The notes under the pieces were generated by a model. That model saw only the letters and a list, made by a program, of their open reading frames with translations. It was not told the DNA's origin and did no database searches. The translations under genes were made by a program, and so were the position numbers. From Atractiella rhizophila (taxonomy: Eukaryota), in NCBI GenBank assembly GCA_021432655.1, contig MU271299.1, positions 3,545 to 67,544 on the forward strand: a DNA stretch of 64,000 nucleotides, given 5' to 3'. This document shows, one piece after another, positions 38,725 through 51,853 of this stretch. Numbering within the stretch: position 1 is the stretch's first letter; each line of letters starts with the position of its first letter.

Positions 38725-39935
38725 ATGAACTCTCGTGAACTCGAAGCTTGTTATCTTCTTGTGGAAATGGTCAAGGATTCATACAAGGATGACGGGGAAG
38801 ACGAAGATGAGGAAGAAACAGGATGCCTGCGGGAAGATGGTGAAACATTACCTGGGCTAGGACTGTTAGATAAGCTGCAATGGTTCTTGAGGTCTAAGAT
38901 GGAGTCCAAGGTTGAGCGTCCCTTCAAAGCTCCCGTGACGTCATGTCACTGACATATCTCTGTTCCAGCCTCTTGCTTTCTCTAGTATCGACGACAAGAT
39001 TCTTGAGAACCACCTTCAAATCACGCGTGGACCACCTTTGGCGCTCAAGAGCGACTACGAGACACTTCTTGCCGACTCAGTGTCTTTCGGCGCTTCCTCT
39101 CACATGTCTTCAACACGTCTGAAGGAATATCTGGTTATGCTCGAGGTTATGACTCCAGCTCAGGTGCGTGTTGCTCGACGTTCTGTAATTTTGATCAAAG
39201 TTCATGTATAGGACCTATCCAACCCTCCTCTTTGGATCAACATCCTTCTGTTACGAACAGCATCAATGGTTCCCACTGGAAAGAAGCTCGTGTCGCATCC
39301 CCAATTTACTCTGCCCCCCATTGCGGTTCACGAAACCGACCTGATGACCATAACCGGAACGGTTGCTCATGCAATTCTTGTTGCGAATGAAGACTTGGCA
39401 GGTGAGCATATCCCCGAATTTTTCTGTGTCATTCAGCGTTGTCAGCAGATAGTTATCGTGATGCATCGCCGCTAGTGTTACAACAAAACCAGGACGATAT
39501 AACGATCTTCTTCGTCATTCAAGTGAAAGTAGATTGCTGGCTTCAACAATGTATCCCACAGGCAGTTGCCGCAATGTATGGCTGCGCAAAGTTCTTTGGG
39601 TAAGTGTAATGTATCTTTTGGATGCGACTACCCACTAAGTCTTTTATGCAGCAAAAGGATTATACGAGGAGCTTTATCTAACGGAAGAGACTGGCAGTTC
39701 CTGATTCTCCACCTCAAAGACGAGTACAATACCCGCGGAACTTTTACACAGACTCGCCCTTTTGCAATCGACCGATCCGTCTCTTCAACGTTGAGCGGAG
39801 CTGATTTGGTCGCTGGGATCCTCTCTTCATGGGTGAGCATACTCAGTCTCGTTTTCCTTCTTATTGCTTAACAGGCAACAGATACACAGGAGCTATCAAG
39901 ACATCACTTCTGACGATTACTTTCAATACATGTAA
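38725..39935 (+). CDS. REase-fold-like protein with degenerate active site
   Basis: The spliced frame is open: ITGTVAHAI...FFVIQVK...IPQAVAAMY...IRGALSNGRDWQFLIL. The pattern resembles fungal CRN-associated REases but lacks the acidic catalytic residues. Confidence 0.6.
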
Positions 39936-42896
39936 TTAATTCGATTTCATACATTCCTCATGTTTCGATTTGTTTTGTATCATCATCCATTGTTTCTTTT
40001 GAGCTTTGATTTGTATTACTAGTAGAGAAATACGCTTACGAGAAGCAATTGTTATTCTGTACTTGGAGAAGATGAATCGACTTTGTATCTCGTTGCTGAC
40101 GATGAGGAGGCGAAAAGATCTGCCGGACATCTTCTATCCTACTGGTATCATCGAATAGAGTACCACTTACTTTCTAGTCATCCGAACCTCTAAAATCCCT
40201 GCGACGGCTGTCAGCCTTCCACCGCCGTTCGCGCATTACCAGTACCCTACTGGTGACAATGATGTGAGGGGGAGTGGCGAGAGAAGCAGTTCGAAGTAGA
40301 CTCTAAACTCTTTGAGTATCCCAGAGCATCTAGGTCGAAGCGGGAAGTTCGCCTCGTCCTTTTCGGTTTCTGTGACGTAAGATTGGCGGTCGCACGAGAC
40401 ACGTGAGACCGAGGATCGTTCTTCAAGTTGTGCTAAAATGATACGATTGTCTTTGCCACTAGGTAGGCCTCAAGAAGTTGTTGCAAGTTTGATTCGATAG
40501 GCAGCATGTTTCGTCATTGATCCACAGGATCTATTACAATAATGTTGTTAACTGGAAATACAGTAGATACAGACCATAAAAATATGAAACAAACGACGTG
40601 GTCAAATTGATACACTCCGTCTAAACAAATTCAAAACAATACCTCCTGCAATGCCTTCATAACAGTTGCGTATCTGTCCGTCGCTTAGACCAAAGTGAGG
40701 GATTGCCAATCATCACCCACGAAGACAAGATACCAGCGGCCAAATATGGCCCATTCAATACCGAAGAGTCTGAGTCGTAGATTGAAAAACGGCTAGTTCG
40801 ATTATAAGGTCCACCGGGATTACCATCATCGTTGTGGCGGCGGATAAGGAATATCCACTGCTTTCCGTTGGATAAGGCGCCTCGAATGATGCTTTTTCTA
40901 CAGAACAGACTTAGTGATAACTGTTGCCACACCAGGAGAAGCGTACTCTTACCCTAAAAATCTGGCACTGACGTACATCTCAGCAATTGCTTGCGCCACA
41001 TGCTCCTCGATCAGTCCGCCCGTTTTTACTCGAACCGAGGAAAAAGCAATACGGCGCTGCTGGTTAACTGCTATCTCTAGGGGCAGGATTTGACGAAATG
41101 AATCTGTTACGTCAATGAATGAAAGACCGACCACTCAAAGATTGCTTACCAGCATCCTTTCATTTACAATAAATACTGCATAAGCTCGCTTTACTGCGAT
41201 TGTCGTCATGTTTGTTGTGAGGACTCCAGTCAAAGGCACAAGAAAGTCTGGATGTCAGACCGTTTTCTCCCCAGGGAGGACCATAGCTGTTACTCGAAAC
41301 AGAATAGTCTCTATCCAAGGACGAGCGCCAGATTCAGAATGCAATCGACCGACCTCTCTCTTCAACATTGAGCGGAGCTGATTTGGTCGCTGGGATCCTC
41401 TCTTCATGGGTGAGCATACTTCATTCTCTTTTCCTTCTTATTGCTTAACAGGCAACAGATACACAGGAGCTATCAAGACATCACTTCTGATGATTACTTT
41501 CAATACATGTAATTAATTCGATTTCATACATTCCTCATGTTTCGATTTGTTTTGTATCATCATCCATTGTTTCTTTTGAGCTTTGATTTGTATTACTAGT
41601 AGAAAATACGCTCACTAGAAGCAATTGTATTCTGTACTTGGAGAAGATTAATCGACGCTGACGATGGGGAGGCGAAAAGATCTGCCGGACATCTTCTATC
41701 CTACTGGTATCATCGAATAGAGTACCACTTACTTTCTAGTCATCCGAACCTCTAAAATCCCTGCGACGGCTTTCAGCCTTCCACCGCCGTTCGCGCATTA
41801 CCAGTACCCTACTGGTGACAATCATGTGAGTGGGAGTGGCGAGAGAAGCAGTTCGAAGTAGACTCTAGACTCTATGAGTATCCCAGAGCATCTAGGTCGA
41901 AGCGGGAAGTTCGCCTCATCCTTTTCGGTTGCTGTGACGTAAGATTGGCGGTCGCACGAGACACGTGAGACCGAGGATCGTTCTTCAAGTTGTGCTAAAA
42001 TGATACGATTGTCTTTGCCACTAGGTAGAGGCCTCAAGAAGTTGTTGCAAGTTTGATTCGATAGGCAGCATGTTTCGTCATTGATCCACAGGATCTATTA
42101 CAATAATGTTGTTAACTGGAAATACAGTAGATACAGACCAAAAATATGAAACAAACGACGTGGTCAAATTGATACACTCCGTCTATTCAAATTCAAAACA
42201 ATACCTCCTGCAATGCCTTCATAACAGTTGCGTATCTCGCTTAGACCAAAGTAAGGGATTGCAAATCGTCACCCACGAAGACAAGATACCAGCGACCAAA
42301 TCTGGCCCATTCAATACCGAAGAGTCTGAGTCGTCGATTGAAAAACGTTTAGTTCGATTATATGTTCCAGCGGGATTACCGTCATGGTTGAGGCGGAGAA
42401 TGACGCATAGCCACTGCTTTCCGTTGGATAAGGCACCTCGAATGATGCTTTTTCTACAGACAGACTTAGTGGTGACCGTTGCCACACCAGGGAGAGAAGT
42501 ATACTCTTACCCTAAAATTTGGTGCTGACATACATCTCAGCAATTGCTTGTGGCACATGCTCCTCCATCAGTCCGCCCGTTTTTACTCGAACCGAGGAAA
42601 AAGCAATAAGGCTCTGCTGGTTAACTATTATCTCTCGCGGCAGGATTTGACAAAATGAATCTGTTATGTCAATGAATGAAAGACCGACAACTCAAAGATT
42701 GCTTACCAGCATCCTTTCATTTACAATAAATACTGCATAAGCTAGCTTTACTGCGATTGTCGTCATGTTTGTTGTGAGGACTCCAGTCAAAGGCACAGGA
42801 AAGTCTGGATGTCAGACCGTTTTCTCCCCAGGGAGGACCATAGCTGTTACTCGAAACAGAATAGTCTCTATCCAAGGACGAGCGCCAGATTCAGAT
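39764..42896. repeat. Recent tandem segmental duplication: ~39764-41338 and ~41341-42896
   Basis: Both units start gcaatcgaccga and end gagcgccagattcaga; intergenic parts are near-identical. Confidence 0.93.
40620..41338 (-). pseudogene. 5'-truncated duplicate of the REase-fold paralog
   Basis: EEHVAQAIAEMY and IRGALSNGKQW exons are present; upstream exons are missing at the duplication junction. Confidence 0.7.
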
Positions 42897-43220
42897 AACT
42901 TTGGAACAAGGTAGTATCGTGGTGAATGTCGAGCGAACACATACCTGAAACCGACTCAAATCTTTGAGCATGGCCAGATGCTCCTTCATTCGCGAGGACG
43001 ACATATAGGAGGAATCCCCCAAGGACACGGAGTCGCGGAGGAGAGTCTCGTAATCTGGCTTGAGATCTAGGACTGGCCCAGCAGAAATTTGAACGACATC
43101 CTGGAGAGCCCGCGCATCCAAGTCATTCTTTGGCGTCCTGAATTGCGCATCTTCGTCATCGCATAACGAATTCTGGAGATTTAGTAGAGCCTCGTAAGCA
43201 TTTGCAAAGGCAATGGGGCA
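42180..43220 (-). CDS. REase-fold-like paralog, convergent with 38725-39935; ends approximate
   Basis: GPVLDLKPDYETLLRDSVSLG..MSSSRMKEHL, VPQAIAEMY, IRGALSNG and GPDLVAGILSSW all match the plus-strand paralog. Confidence 0.6.
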
Positions 43221-44136
43221 AGGCGCAGATCGTCCTTCGACTCGTCATGGTTCGAGCTTGGAGTTTCGAGTGGTTCAAAAGTGAGTGGTTAGTGTTGATC
43301 AGATTCCAGCACGCTGATCCAGTTCTGGGATCGCTCTGATTGGGAGACGCGTTCGAAGATGTATAGATGAAATTCGAACGCGTTTGGCTTTTCCCAACAC
43401 TCAGGTGTCCAAATTGTTCAGTGGTTGTGTTTGGTTTCTAGGCTCACGTGCGTTGATGTTTGACTTGCGAGGGTTCTGTTAGCCAACGAGAGCTTGTGAG
43501 CTTTGAAAGGACCCCAAACGAGGTGGGTAAGCAAGACGAAAGGCTCACCCGTCACCTCTAGGGGTTTTCACGATATTTACAAAATAAGATAGGAGGATCC
43601 ATTAAACCACGCGTAACTTTTTTATCATAATTTAGAGGTAAATCTTCCAGATTTATTTTTATTTTTCTTTAGAATTATATTTTTCATCCTCAATCTTTAG
43701 AATATCATAGCGGTTATCTTGCTGGATTATTCGATAGCGATGGGGTAGAGACAGTTTGAACTCTGTAGTGAAGGGAGGGGTTGGGCAAAGAAAGGATTCG
43801 AAAGGAAGGGGAGCTCTGAGCGAGCTTGGGAGAGGGTTGGTCGATGAGTTTGGTGATCGACGCGTTGAACTGGGACCAGAAACTTTGTTTTCTGGGCTTT
43901 TTGGTTTGTCGGTGCCGCGACATATCCGCCGCCCAAATTTTTTCTGATCTAACGAGCAACAGCTGCCATCCCGCGTCACTTCAGCTTGTCCCTTGACAGT
44001 TTTGATCTCAAGGATCGTCGAGTGTAACGATTAAAGGACTTCATAAAAGCAGACTGCTTCTTTCGATCAAGCCTACGAACTACATCAAGCGAGATTTTTC
44101 AACTGCCAGAAGCGATCTTGACTGATTTTTGACGAG

Positions 44137-47100
44137 ATGGATATCAACGTACGTTTCGATTCTGCGTCCATATAATCCTTTTCTTACTCTGTTTCACTAT
44201 ACCGATGTATCTAATCGAATGAAACAGGCAAACGCCCAGGATTTTCCTCAACGCCTTCATGCTCTTCTCCTCACCCTCTCCTCGCCCGCACCGGGTCAAT
44301 CACTGACTCCCTTCACCTCTACCCTCCAAGGGCTCTACAAATCTCCAAACACGCTCCCTACGCTCTTTCAGATCGCGCTGGAGGCTCCCGAAGAAGCCGT
44401 CAGACAGCTCGCCGCTGTCGAAGCCAGGAAAAGGGTCGTCGCCAACGATGGTAAAGCCTGGAAAAGGATCAGCAATGAAAAGAGAGAGGCTATCAAGAAT
44501 GGATTGATGGAGAAGGTCGGACAGGAATCTACGTGCGTTTTTTTCTTTCCTGATTGGAGGTTTTTGAAAAAAAAAATTCGAAAACGACGCGTCTCGATCG
44601 TTTAAAATTTACCCAAACGCTGCTTTCCCTCTTAGAGGTAAAGACGATCTCTCCTCAAGCAATCAGCGGTGTGGAAAAACGGATAAAAGACGCGTTTTTC
44701 ACTATATTTTTTCTTCTACCTCCTAACCGTCCATCATCTGGCTCTGACCTATCTGCTTTCTATCTAGCTCTAACCTTCGCAACGCTCTTGCGCGTGTTAT
44801 GTCTTCCATCGCATCGCACGAACTGCCTGCTGAGGAGTGGCCATCTCTCCTCCCCTGGCTCTGGAACTCCTCCTTGCCTCCTACTCCTCCACAACAGAGG
44901 GAAGTTTGCACATACGTCGTCTTCACGCTCGTGGATGTCGTCACCACTCATGAAGAGTTATCGAAGCACATCGAGCAGATTTTGCAACTGTTGGCGAAGA
45001 CGATTGAAGATCCCGAATCCTTGGCCACGAGAGTGAACAGCGTTCGGGCATTGGGAAGGCTCACGGATGCAGTGGAAGGAGAATCCGCACAGATGGAGAC
45101 CATCCTTAGTGCCATCCCGAGCATCAGCAAAGTTATGCAAGGCGTCGTGGACCAGAAGGAGAGCAATTTGGCCAAGCACGTCTTTGATGTTTTTGAGGAT
45201 CTCTTTGTTATCGTTAGTACACTTTCTTTCTGCTCTGTTTTCATTGGATGCTGATGGCCATATCGATGGGAATAGGAGGGAGCGAGCATCAACCGCTATA
45301 TCCCCGACCTTTTCAGCTTCTGGCTGTCCACCGCATCTACCCCATCCGTCCCGGAGGACATCAGGCAGATGGCTATCTCCGCCATCTTATGGGCCATCAG
45401 GTACAGGAAGAACGCCGTTACCGAGTTCAATCTCACCAAGCCTCTTGTTGATGGCTTGATGGTTGTGTGCACGGATGATGAGCCTGAGGATCCTGAGGAG
45501 GACTCACCTGCTACTGTGCGTCTTCACATTCGTCTCTCCTCCTTTCTTCTAGATAGTCTCAGTCCATCTGACCTCGATGTGGTACAGCTGGCATTCAGGA
45601 CCTTTGATTCGCTCTCCAACCTGCTCCCCGCCTCATTGGTCTTCCCTCCAGTCTGGGATCAAGTTCGCCTCTTCGCCGACAATCCTGATCCGCGTTACCG
45701 GAAGGCGGCAGCTGGCGTGCTCGGTGTTGTGATGGAAGGCTGCGCGAGCTTCATCCAACCTCACGTTTCCGAGCTTTGGCCTCTGATATTGAAATTTCTC
45801 GCCGACCCCGATGCTTCCGTCCGTGGCTCCGCTTGCTTGACTCTCAGTGCCCTGTGCGAGGAACTGAGGGCCGAAGTCATCATTCATCATCAGACTTTAC
45901 TCCCCATGATCGTGGAGATCTTGAAGAATGAACACACAAGGAAGAAGGGCATCAATTGTTTGGATGCATTCCTGGAGATCTTGGAGGAGGAGCACGTCAC
46001 GCCGTACCTCCCTGACTTGATGACCACCATCATCGCTCTTTTGGATGCTGCCCCAACCGAGCTAAAGCCTTCCGTCGTTGGAGCGGTTGGATCGGCCGCC
46101 CACGCTAGCAAGAAGAACTTCACTCCCTACTTCCAGGGTTCGATGGAGCGCCTTCTCCCCTTCCTCGATGCCACCGCTGAGGAAGATCTCGAATTGAGAG
46201 GCGTGACGCAGGATACAGTTGGCACTTTGGCGGAGGCCGTGGGCAAGGAGGCATTCCAGCCTTTCTTCCAGGTCTGCATGGAAAAAGCTTTTGAAGGATT
46301 GAAGATCGAGGGATCGAAGATGAAGGAGTGCTCTTTCATTTTCTTCGCCGTCATGGCGAGGGTTTATGAGGAAGATTTCGCGGCTTCCCTCCCAACCGTC
46401 ATGCCCGTCATCCTCGCAGGCCTTGGACAGGAAGATGATGAAGTTGAACTCAGCGGAGAAGGCTCATCGCTGTTACAGAGGATGAGTGGGGGCATCGCAA
46501 CTGAGGAGGATCTGGATGAGACTGCGGCTGATGACGAATTCGAAATGTTGGATGACGACGACGACATCGACTCCAAAGTGTTCGAAGCGACGACAGCCAT
46601 GGCGATGGAGAAGGAGATCGCGGCGGATGCAATGTGCGAACTCGCCTCGTACTGCAAGGGTGCTTTCGTACCTTATATGGAAGAATCGACCAAGATGCTT
46701 CTACCCCTCGTCAACCACATCTTCTCCGGTGTCCAGTGCTCGGCCGTTTCCGCCCTTATGGCTTTCGTTCAAACCGGCTTCGAGCTCAGTGGTGGAAAGG
46801 CGGAAGTGAGGGATGATGATGGAGTTAATTACGTCCGTTCCTCTTTCACCTGCAAACTCTATTCTTGCTCATTGATCGGATTATTGCGCAGAGCTCCCCC
46901 GTAGAAGATGTCCAACGACTCATCAATGCCTGCATGCCCGATATTATTGCTTTATTGGATGAGGAAGACACGTGAGTACCTCCTTCCAATCACCAATCCG
47001 GTGCAACCTGGAAGCTGGAAAAGGATGAGTGTTTATTTCTCAGCTCACATTGACATCCCAAGGATGTGTGAAAATAGAACCAACCTAACAACGCAAAAAC

Positions 47101-48218
47101 AACTGATTTTCCATCATCTTCCTTATATCATAGAATATGTACGGATATTGATGTCGGATTCATCTAGGGACGTCGTGGACGCTGTCGCTACAGAGATCAC
47201 CAACGCTCTTGTCGAAGTTGGACCAGGCCTTCTCCCCAACCAACTTCTTCAGGAGGTCTGCAAGCACATTGTTGCCATCCTCGACTTCAAGGCAAAATGC
47301 CAGCAGGTTCCGGATTCTGTGGTGTCTGAAGACCTCAACGCCCACTCCGAGCAAGAGTCTACCTTGCTTACCTCTGCCCTCGATCTTATTGGAAGCATTG
47401 CGACCGCTTATCAATCCCAGTTCTTGGAGGCCCTTCCTCTCTTCAAGCCCTTCTTGCTGAAGTTTATCGTACGTTATACTCATTCTCCCACACTTATCCT
47501 AAGCAGCTGCGCAGCAACCATCAGCTCCTATGAAGTACAGAGCTTCTGCTGCTGGAACTTTGGCTGAGATAATCAACGGACTTGGACAATCTGTCACTCA
47601 GTTCACAGAGGAGCTCTATCCCATCATCATTAGTACCCTTCAATCCTCTGAGCCTGAGGTTCAATCCAACTGCGCCTTCGCTCTCGGATCCCTTGTCCTC
47701 CACAGCCAAACTGACATGTCGAGTCAATACTCCGAAATCCTCAGGGTGGTCTACCCTCTTTTGCAAGCTCCTGACGATGCACCATCCCAGAATCTCAACG
47801 CCAAGGATAACGCCGCTGCCGTCATTGCACGCCTCATTCTCAAGAATGTCGACGCTCTTCCGCTCGCCGAAGTCGTACCAGTCTTCGTCGGTGCTTTACC
47901 TCTCAAGAAGGATATGACTGAGAACAGCAAGATGGTATGTACCCCATTTTCCCTTTCTTGCGATTCGTGACGACTGAGACTTTGACTGCAAAACAGTTCA
48001 GCGCCGTTGGAGTGCTCATTTCTCGGTATTTCGACCTAGTCGCTCCTCACTTCGATCACATTTTACAAGTGTTCGCTCACGCCCTGGCCTCGCCAGAGGA
48101 GGGTAAGAACGCCCAATTAAACAAGAAGACGAGGGAGAACCTCATCCAGCTCGTCAAAGCTCTCGGTGGCCAACATGGCGATAGGTTGAGAGCTGCTGGT
48201 CTGGGGGCTTACCTCTAA
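44137..48218 (+). CDS. KAP123: Importin beta-4 (karyopherin)
   Basis: VRQLAAVEARKRV importin-beta N-terminal domain, HEAT repeats, AVGSAAHAS..FTPYF, acidic loop followed by AMEKEIAADA, and DNAAAVIARLI. Confidence 0.9.
47016..47113 (+). ncRNA. Candidate intronic box C/D snoRNA
   Basis: In intron 46972-47167: C-like box AGGATGA (47022-47028), D box CTGA (47103-47106), terminal stem tggaaa/tttcca. Confidence 0.55.
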
Positions 48219-48557
48219 GCGATTTCTCTCACTTCGCCTGCTGCATAGATTCTTCTTGATCCGTTTCCCTCTGTGTCTCATTCTGTTATCCCTATAATCC
48301 TTCCCTTCTTTAGTATCGATCGCATCTGTACTCCCTCTCATACCCTGTTACAGTTCATCGTCTTCTTGCCTCCAAAAACTAAAAAGTCTTAGACTCTGCT
48401 TCTTCTTTCTTTAAGTGCTCTCATACTTGACTGGGTTTACTTCTGGAGACTACGGTACTGATGATGCTGATGCACAATAACGATAGTGGCATGATTTACC
48501 AACATTTCTACTTGTGAATGCGACAAGCACCTTGAATGAGAAAATGCAATAGCCGAA

Positions 48558-51500
48558 TCAAAACGTAAATGCGTCCTCTAACAAGCGTCCGGCCTCTTCC
48601 TTGAAACGATTGCCCAGAGATTTAGCCGGCACTGGGAGTGCCTCTCTGCCTCGGTAGAGAAGCGTTTGGTTGTCCTGCAAGAGTTGTGAGAGTCTAGGTT
48701 GAACGAATGTCCACGCTCCTGCATTCTCCGGCTCCTCCTGTGCCCAAACAAAACTGGTTGCTTGCGTATACTTCTTGATGACCTGTTCGAGCTGACTGTA
48801 GGGAAAAGGCGAGAGTTCCTGGTTAAAGCACCAAAGTCATCAATGTCCGTTAAACCGTTTAGGAGACTGCAAGAAACGAACCTCGACGCGAACAATGGCG
48901 ACTTTAGCATCCAATCCTCTCTCCTTTCGCGCCTTCAAAAGTTGATAATACCACTGGCCGGACACGAAGAGTACAGCGGAGGCATCTGCGCTTTTTATTG
49001 TAGAGTCGTCAATGACTGGTTGGAACGAAGTGCCTTCGGCCATGTCAACGAGGCTAGAGCATGCGACCTTGCAGAAGAGTCTTGTCAGTGGCTTGAATTG
49101 GGATAAAGGGAGAATCAGTATACCGGAGATCGCAAGAGTGCCTTGTGAGTAAAGACAGCGAGTGGCCGTCGATACGGTTGTTTCATTTGTCGTCGTAGCA
49201 CACTACTTCCGCTTCAGTTTGATTGTTGTAGGTTGAAACAGACACTGACTGGAAGTATTGAGCCGCTGTGGATGCGTTGACAAGGCTAACATTCGGTACC
49301 CACTTCCTCTCAGCTCTGCGAATCGGTTCTGAGGAGAGTTGGAGGAATCGTTCTATCCGTGCTGACGAGTGCTCAGAGCCAGCTCCATCTACTCTTTTCT
49401 ATCATTGGATGACAGTCACGAAAAACAAAGACAAACCGTAGCCGTGAGGTAAAAGCAGCGTTAGTGCTGAAGGAAGTCCCCACTTGGCTTCTCCACTCGC
49501 GAAATAGGTATCGATGGTGATTTGGGCACCAGTGAAGAAATCACCAACTACGGGTTGAGGTAAGCTAGATGATGCCTGGCAGAAGTGACCTACACTGTGC
49601 CTCCCAAATTGGCAGGACATCTGGTGAACTCCAAGCGACCCCTTGCTCGAACCCAAGCACTGCGTACTCCGACAATGGAGAATTGATAACTTCAAACCTT
49701 CCAGCATCTGTTTGGTTCAAGTGATCGAGAGGGAGGAACGAATCGCCATTATTCTGATCCCTGAGAACAGCATGACGTTGTGAGAAGGTTCCCTGTATCC
49801 TGCCTTCAGCATTGGGATCATTGACACAAGGGGAAAGCCAACGCGTCCACAATCTTGTCCCGATACACGCACTGCGTATCCGTCCTTGACAAGAGTCCCG
49901 AATGCCAATGCCTCAGCGGTTGCAAAGTCAATTCCTTCGCCCTCCTCAACCGCTTGTACACGTTTTGCGAGAATCTTCTCTAAACGGGGATGCACAGCCT
50001 GCTATATACCTAAGGAACACTGAAAAGAGAATTGAGGGGAGAATTCACAAAGGAATCTGGAGCCTTGACGCTTTCGCGCGCTACTTGGACTAATTCCTCC
50101 TTTGCAACACCAGTTACTTGTTGCTTCCCAATAGACGGATCTTGGTCCATTGGCGCGACAGTGCGGGTACGCCATGCATTGTTGAGATGCTGAAGATGTG
50201 AAGATGTTACAGGTGAGGACGAAACGGAAGAAAGTGCCTCTTCTAGTTTACTGGTCTCTTCGGTGTCAAATGCTCGGATTTCGCTTTCGCTGATGTATGA
50301 GGAGGAGAGAAGTTCGCTTTGGATTTGGGAAGATAAGGTCCTGTGCGAGCCTGAATCAAATACATGATAAGCACATAGCTGAGACGCACTTTGTTTCCCG
50401 AATTCGTTTATACATCCCTGCAGTTTCATCAGATGTGAAATAAACAGGAAACAGAAAGGTGCGTACTAGGATTAGTATAGAAAGGTTCATCAAGCTCGTT
50501 ATGGCCCCACCGCCTAACGTATAAAGAGTTAGCTCTATCTTCTCGGTAACAAGCACCACGTACCGATAAGTCACTAAGTCCATAATCACATCTTTCCCAA
50601 ACTTCTCTCTAAAGTCAACAAGTACCCGCATAGCTGCCTCTACGTCGGACGGAGCGTCGCCTGCGATGAGGGAACCCTCATGATCATCCTCCGCAGTGAG
50701 GAAGGGAACATGGCGAACCATTGACATGTGCCACTAATGCTCCAGCCTTAACGTTATCTGTCACATATCTCGAACTCCTTCCTTCTCGTGCTTCCGCTGT
50801 GAACCTGAGCAGGACGAAAACGTGCATTTGAGCAAGATCATTGAGGGGAAGAAACTGACACCGCACCCAACCTGATTGTTCACAATTACTCTGATGCTTC
50901 CTCCCACTCCGTACCCTTTCAATGAAGCCATATTCACGCTCTCTGCCACTACGCCTTGACCTGTAAAAGCTGCGTCCCCGTGGATGGTGACGTTCAATGG
51001 GTTGGATGGAGCTGTCGATTTAGAGGCAAAGTGAGAAAGACCGTAAGCGTACCCTTGTCCGACAGGTGTAGCAGCTTCCAGCTGGGAGGGGTTTGGGAGG
51101 AGAGTCATGCGATCGGTAGAAGCAAAAAGGTGGGAGAGCACGTCGTCGGTGTATCGTCCTTCATCGGTTGGGAGGAAAGGGTAGCCAGAGAGCTTTGCTA
51201 TAAGACTCGAGGACGGGAATTGCAAAAGATCGGGAGAAGTAAGAACGTTCAAACGGCCGCGATGTGGCATGCTGAGTATTACTTGCCGCTGCGTGGTAGC
51301 AGCTGAGGAAGCGATAGTCCCAAGACCAAGAAGGAGTGCTTCTGCACCTCTGGAACAGCTTCAGCCATAGCGGCACGCGTAAGGACCTTTTAACTTACTC
51401 AAGAGAATACCTCTTAACCTGAGGAAACTTCTTTCCTATCCACTTGTCCAAGATTTCTGAGCGTCGCACAGTCTTCCACTGGCGTATCATCTCCTGCTCT

Positions 51501-51853
51501 CCTTCCTCCCGACTTGCAGATTCTAATCGTGAAGCTACCCATTTCCGTTCTTCCTCACTCTGAATATAGGGACTAAGTCAGTTCTCCAGCCATCAATCAA
51601 AATGGGGACGAACTTCAAGGTGCATGAACTCCCAGCCCGTGTTTCGACAGTAGACCTGGTATAGGGGGTCCATCTCATCGAGCTTCACTCCAGTGACATT
51701 TTCAAGGCTCGCTTTTGAGGCAACCGAGAGCTTCAACGGATCTAAGGAGCTGAAGAGGTGGCCGTGTCGCCTATACGCGTTGGGAGAAAGAGCCAACGCG
51801 CTGGAGGAGAAGGAGCGACGGAGGTGTTTTGCTGTTCGAATTCGTCGATACAT
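48558..51853 (-). CDS. 2-oxoacid dehydrogenase E1, DHTKD1 (2-oxoadipate dehydrogenase)-type
   Basis: [25 protein letters not shown] (ThDP binding), [34 protein letters not shown] and LLLPHGY motifs; short N-terminus compared with KGD1. Confidence 0.88.
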
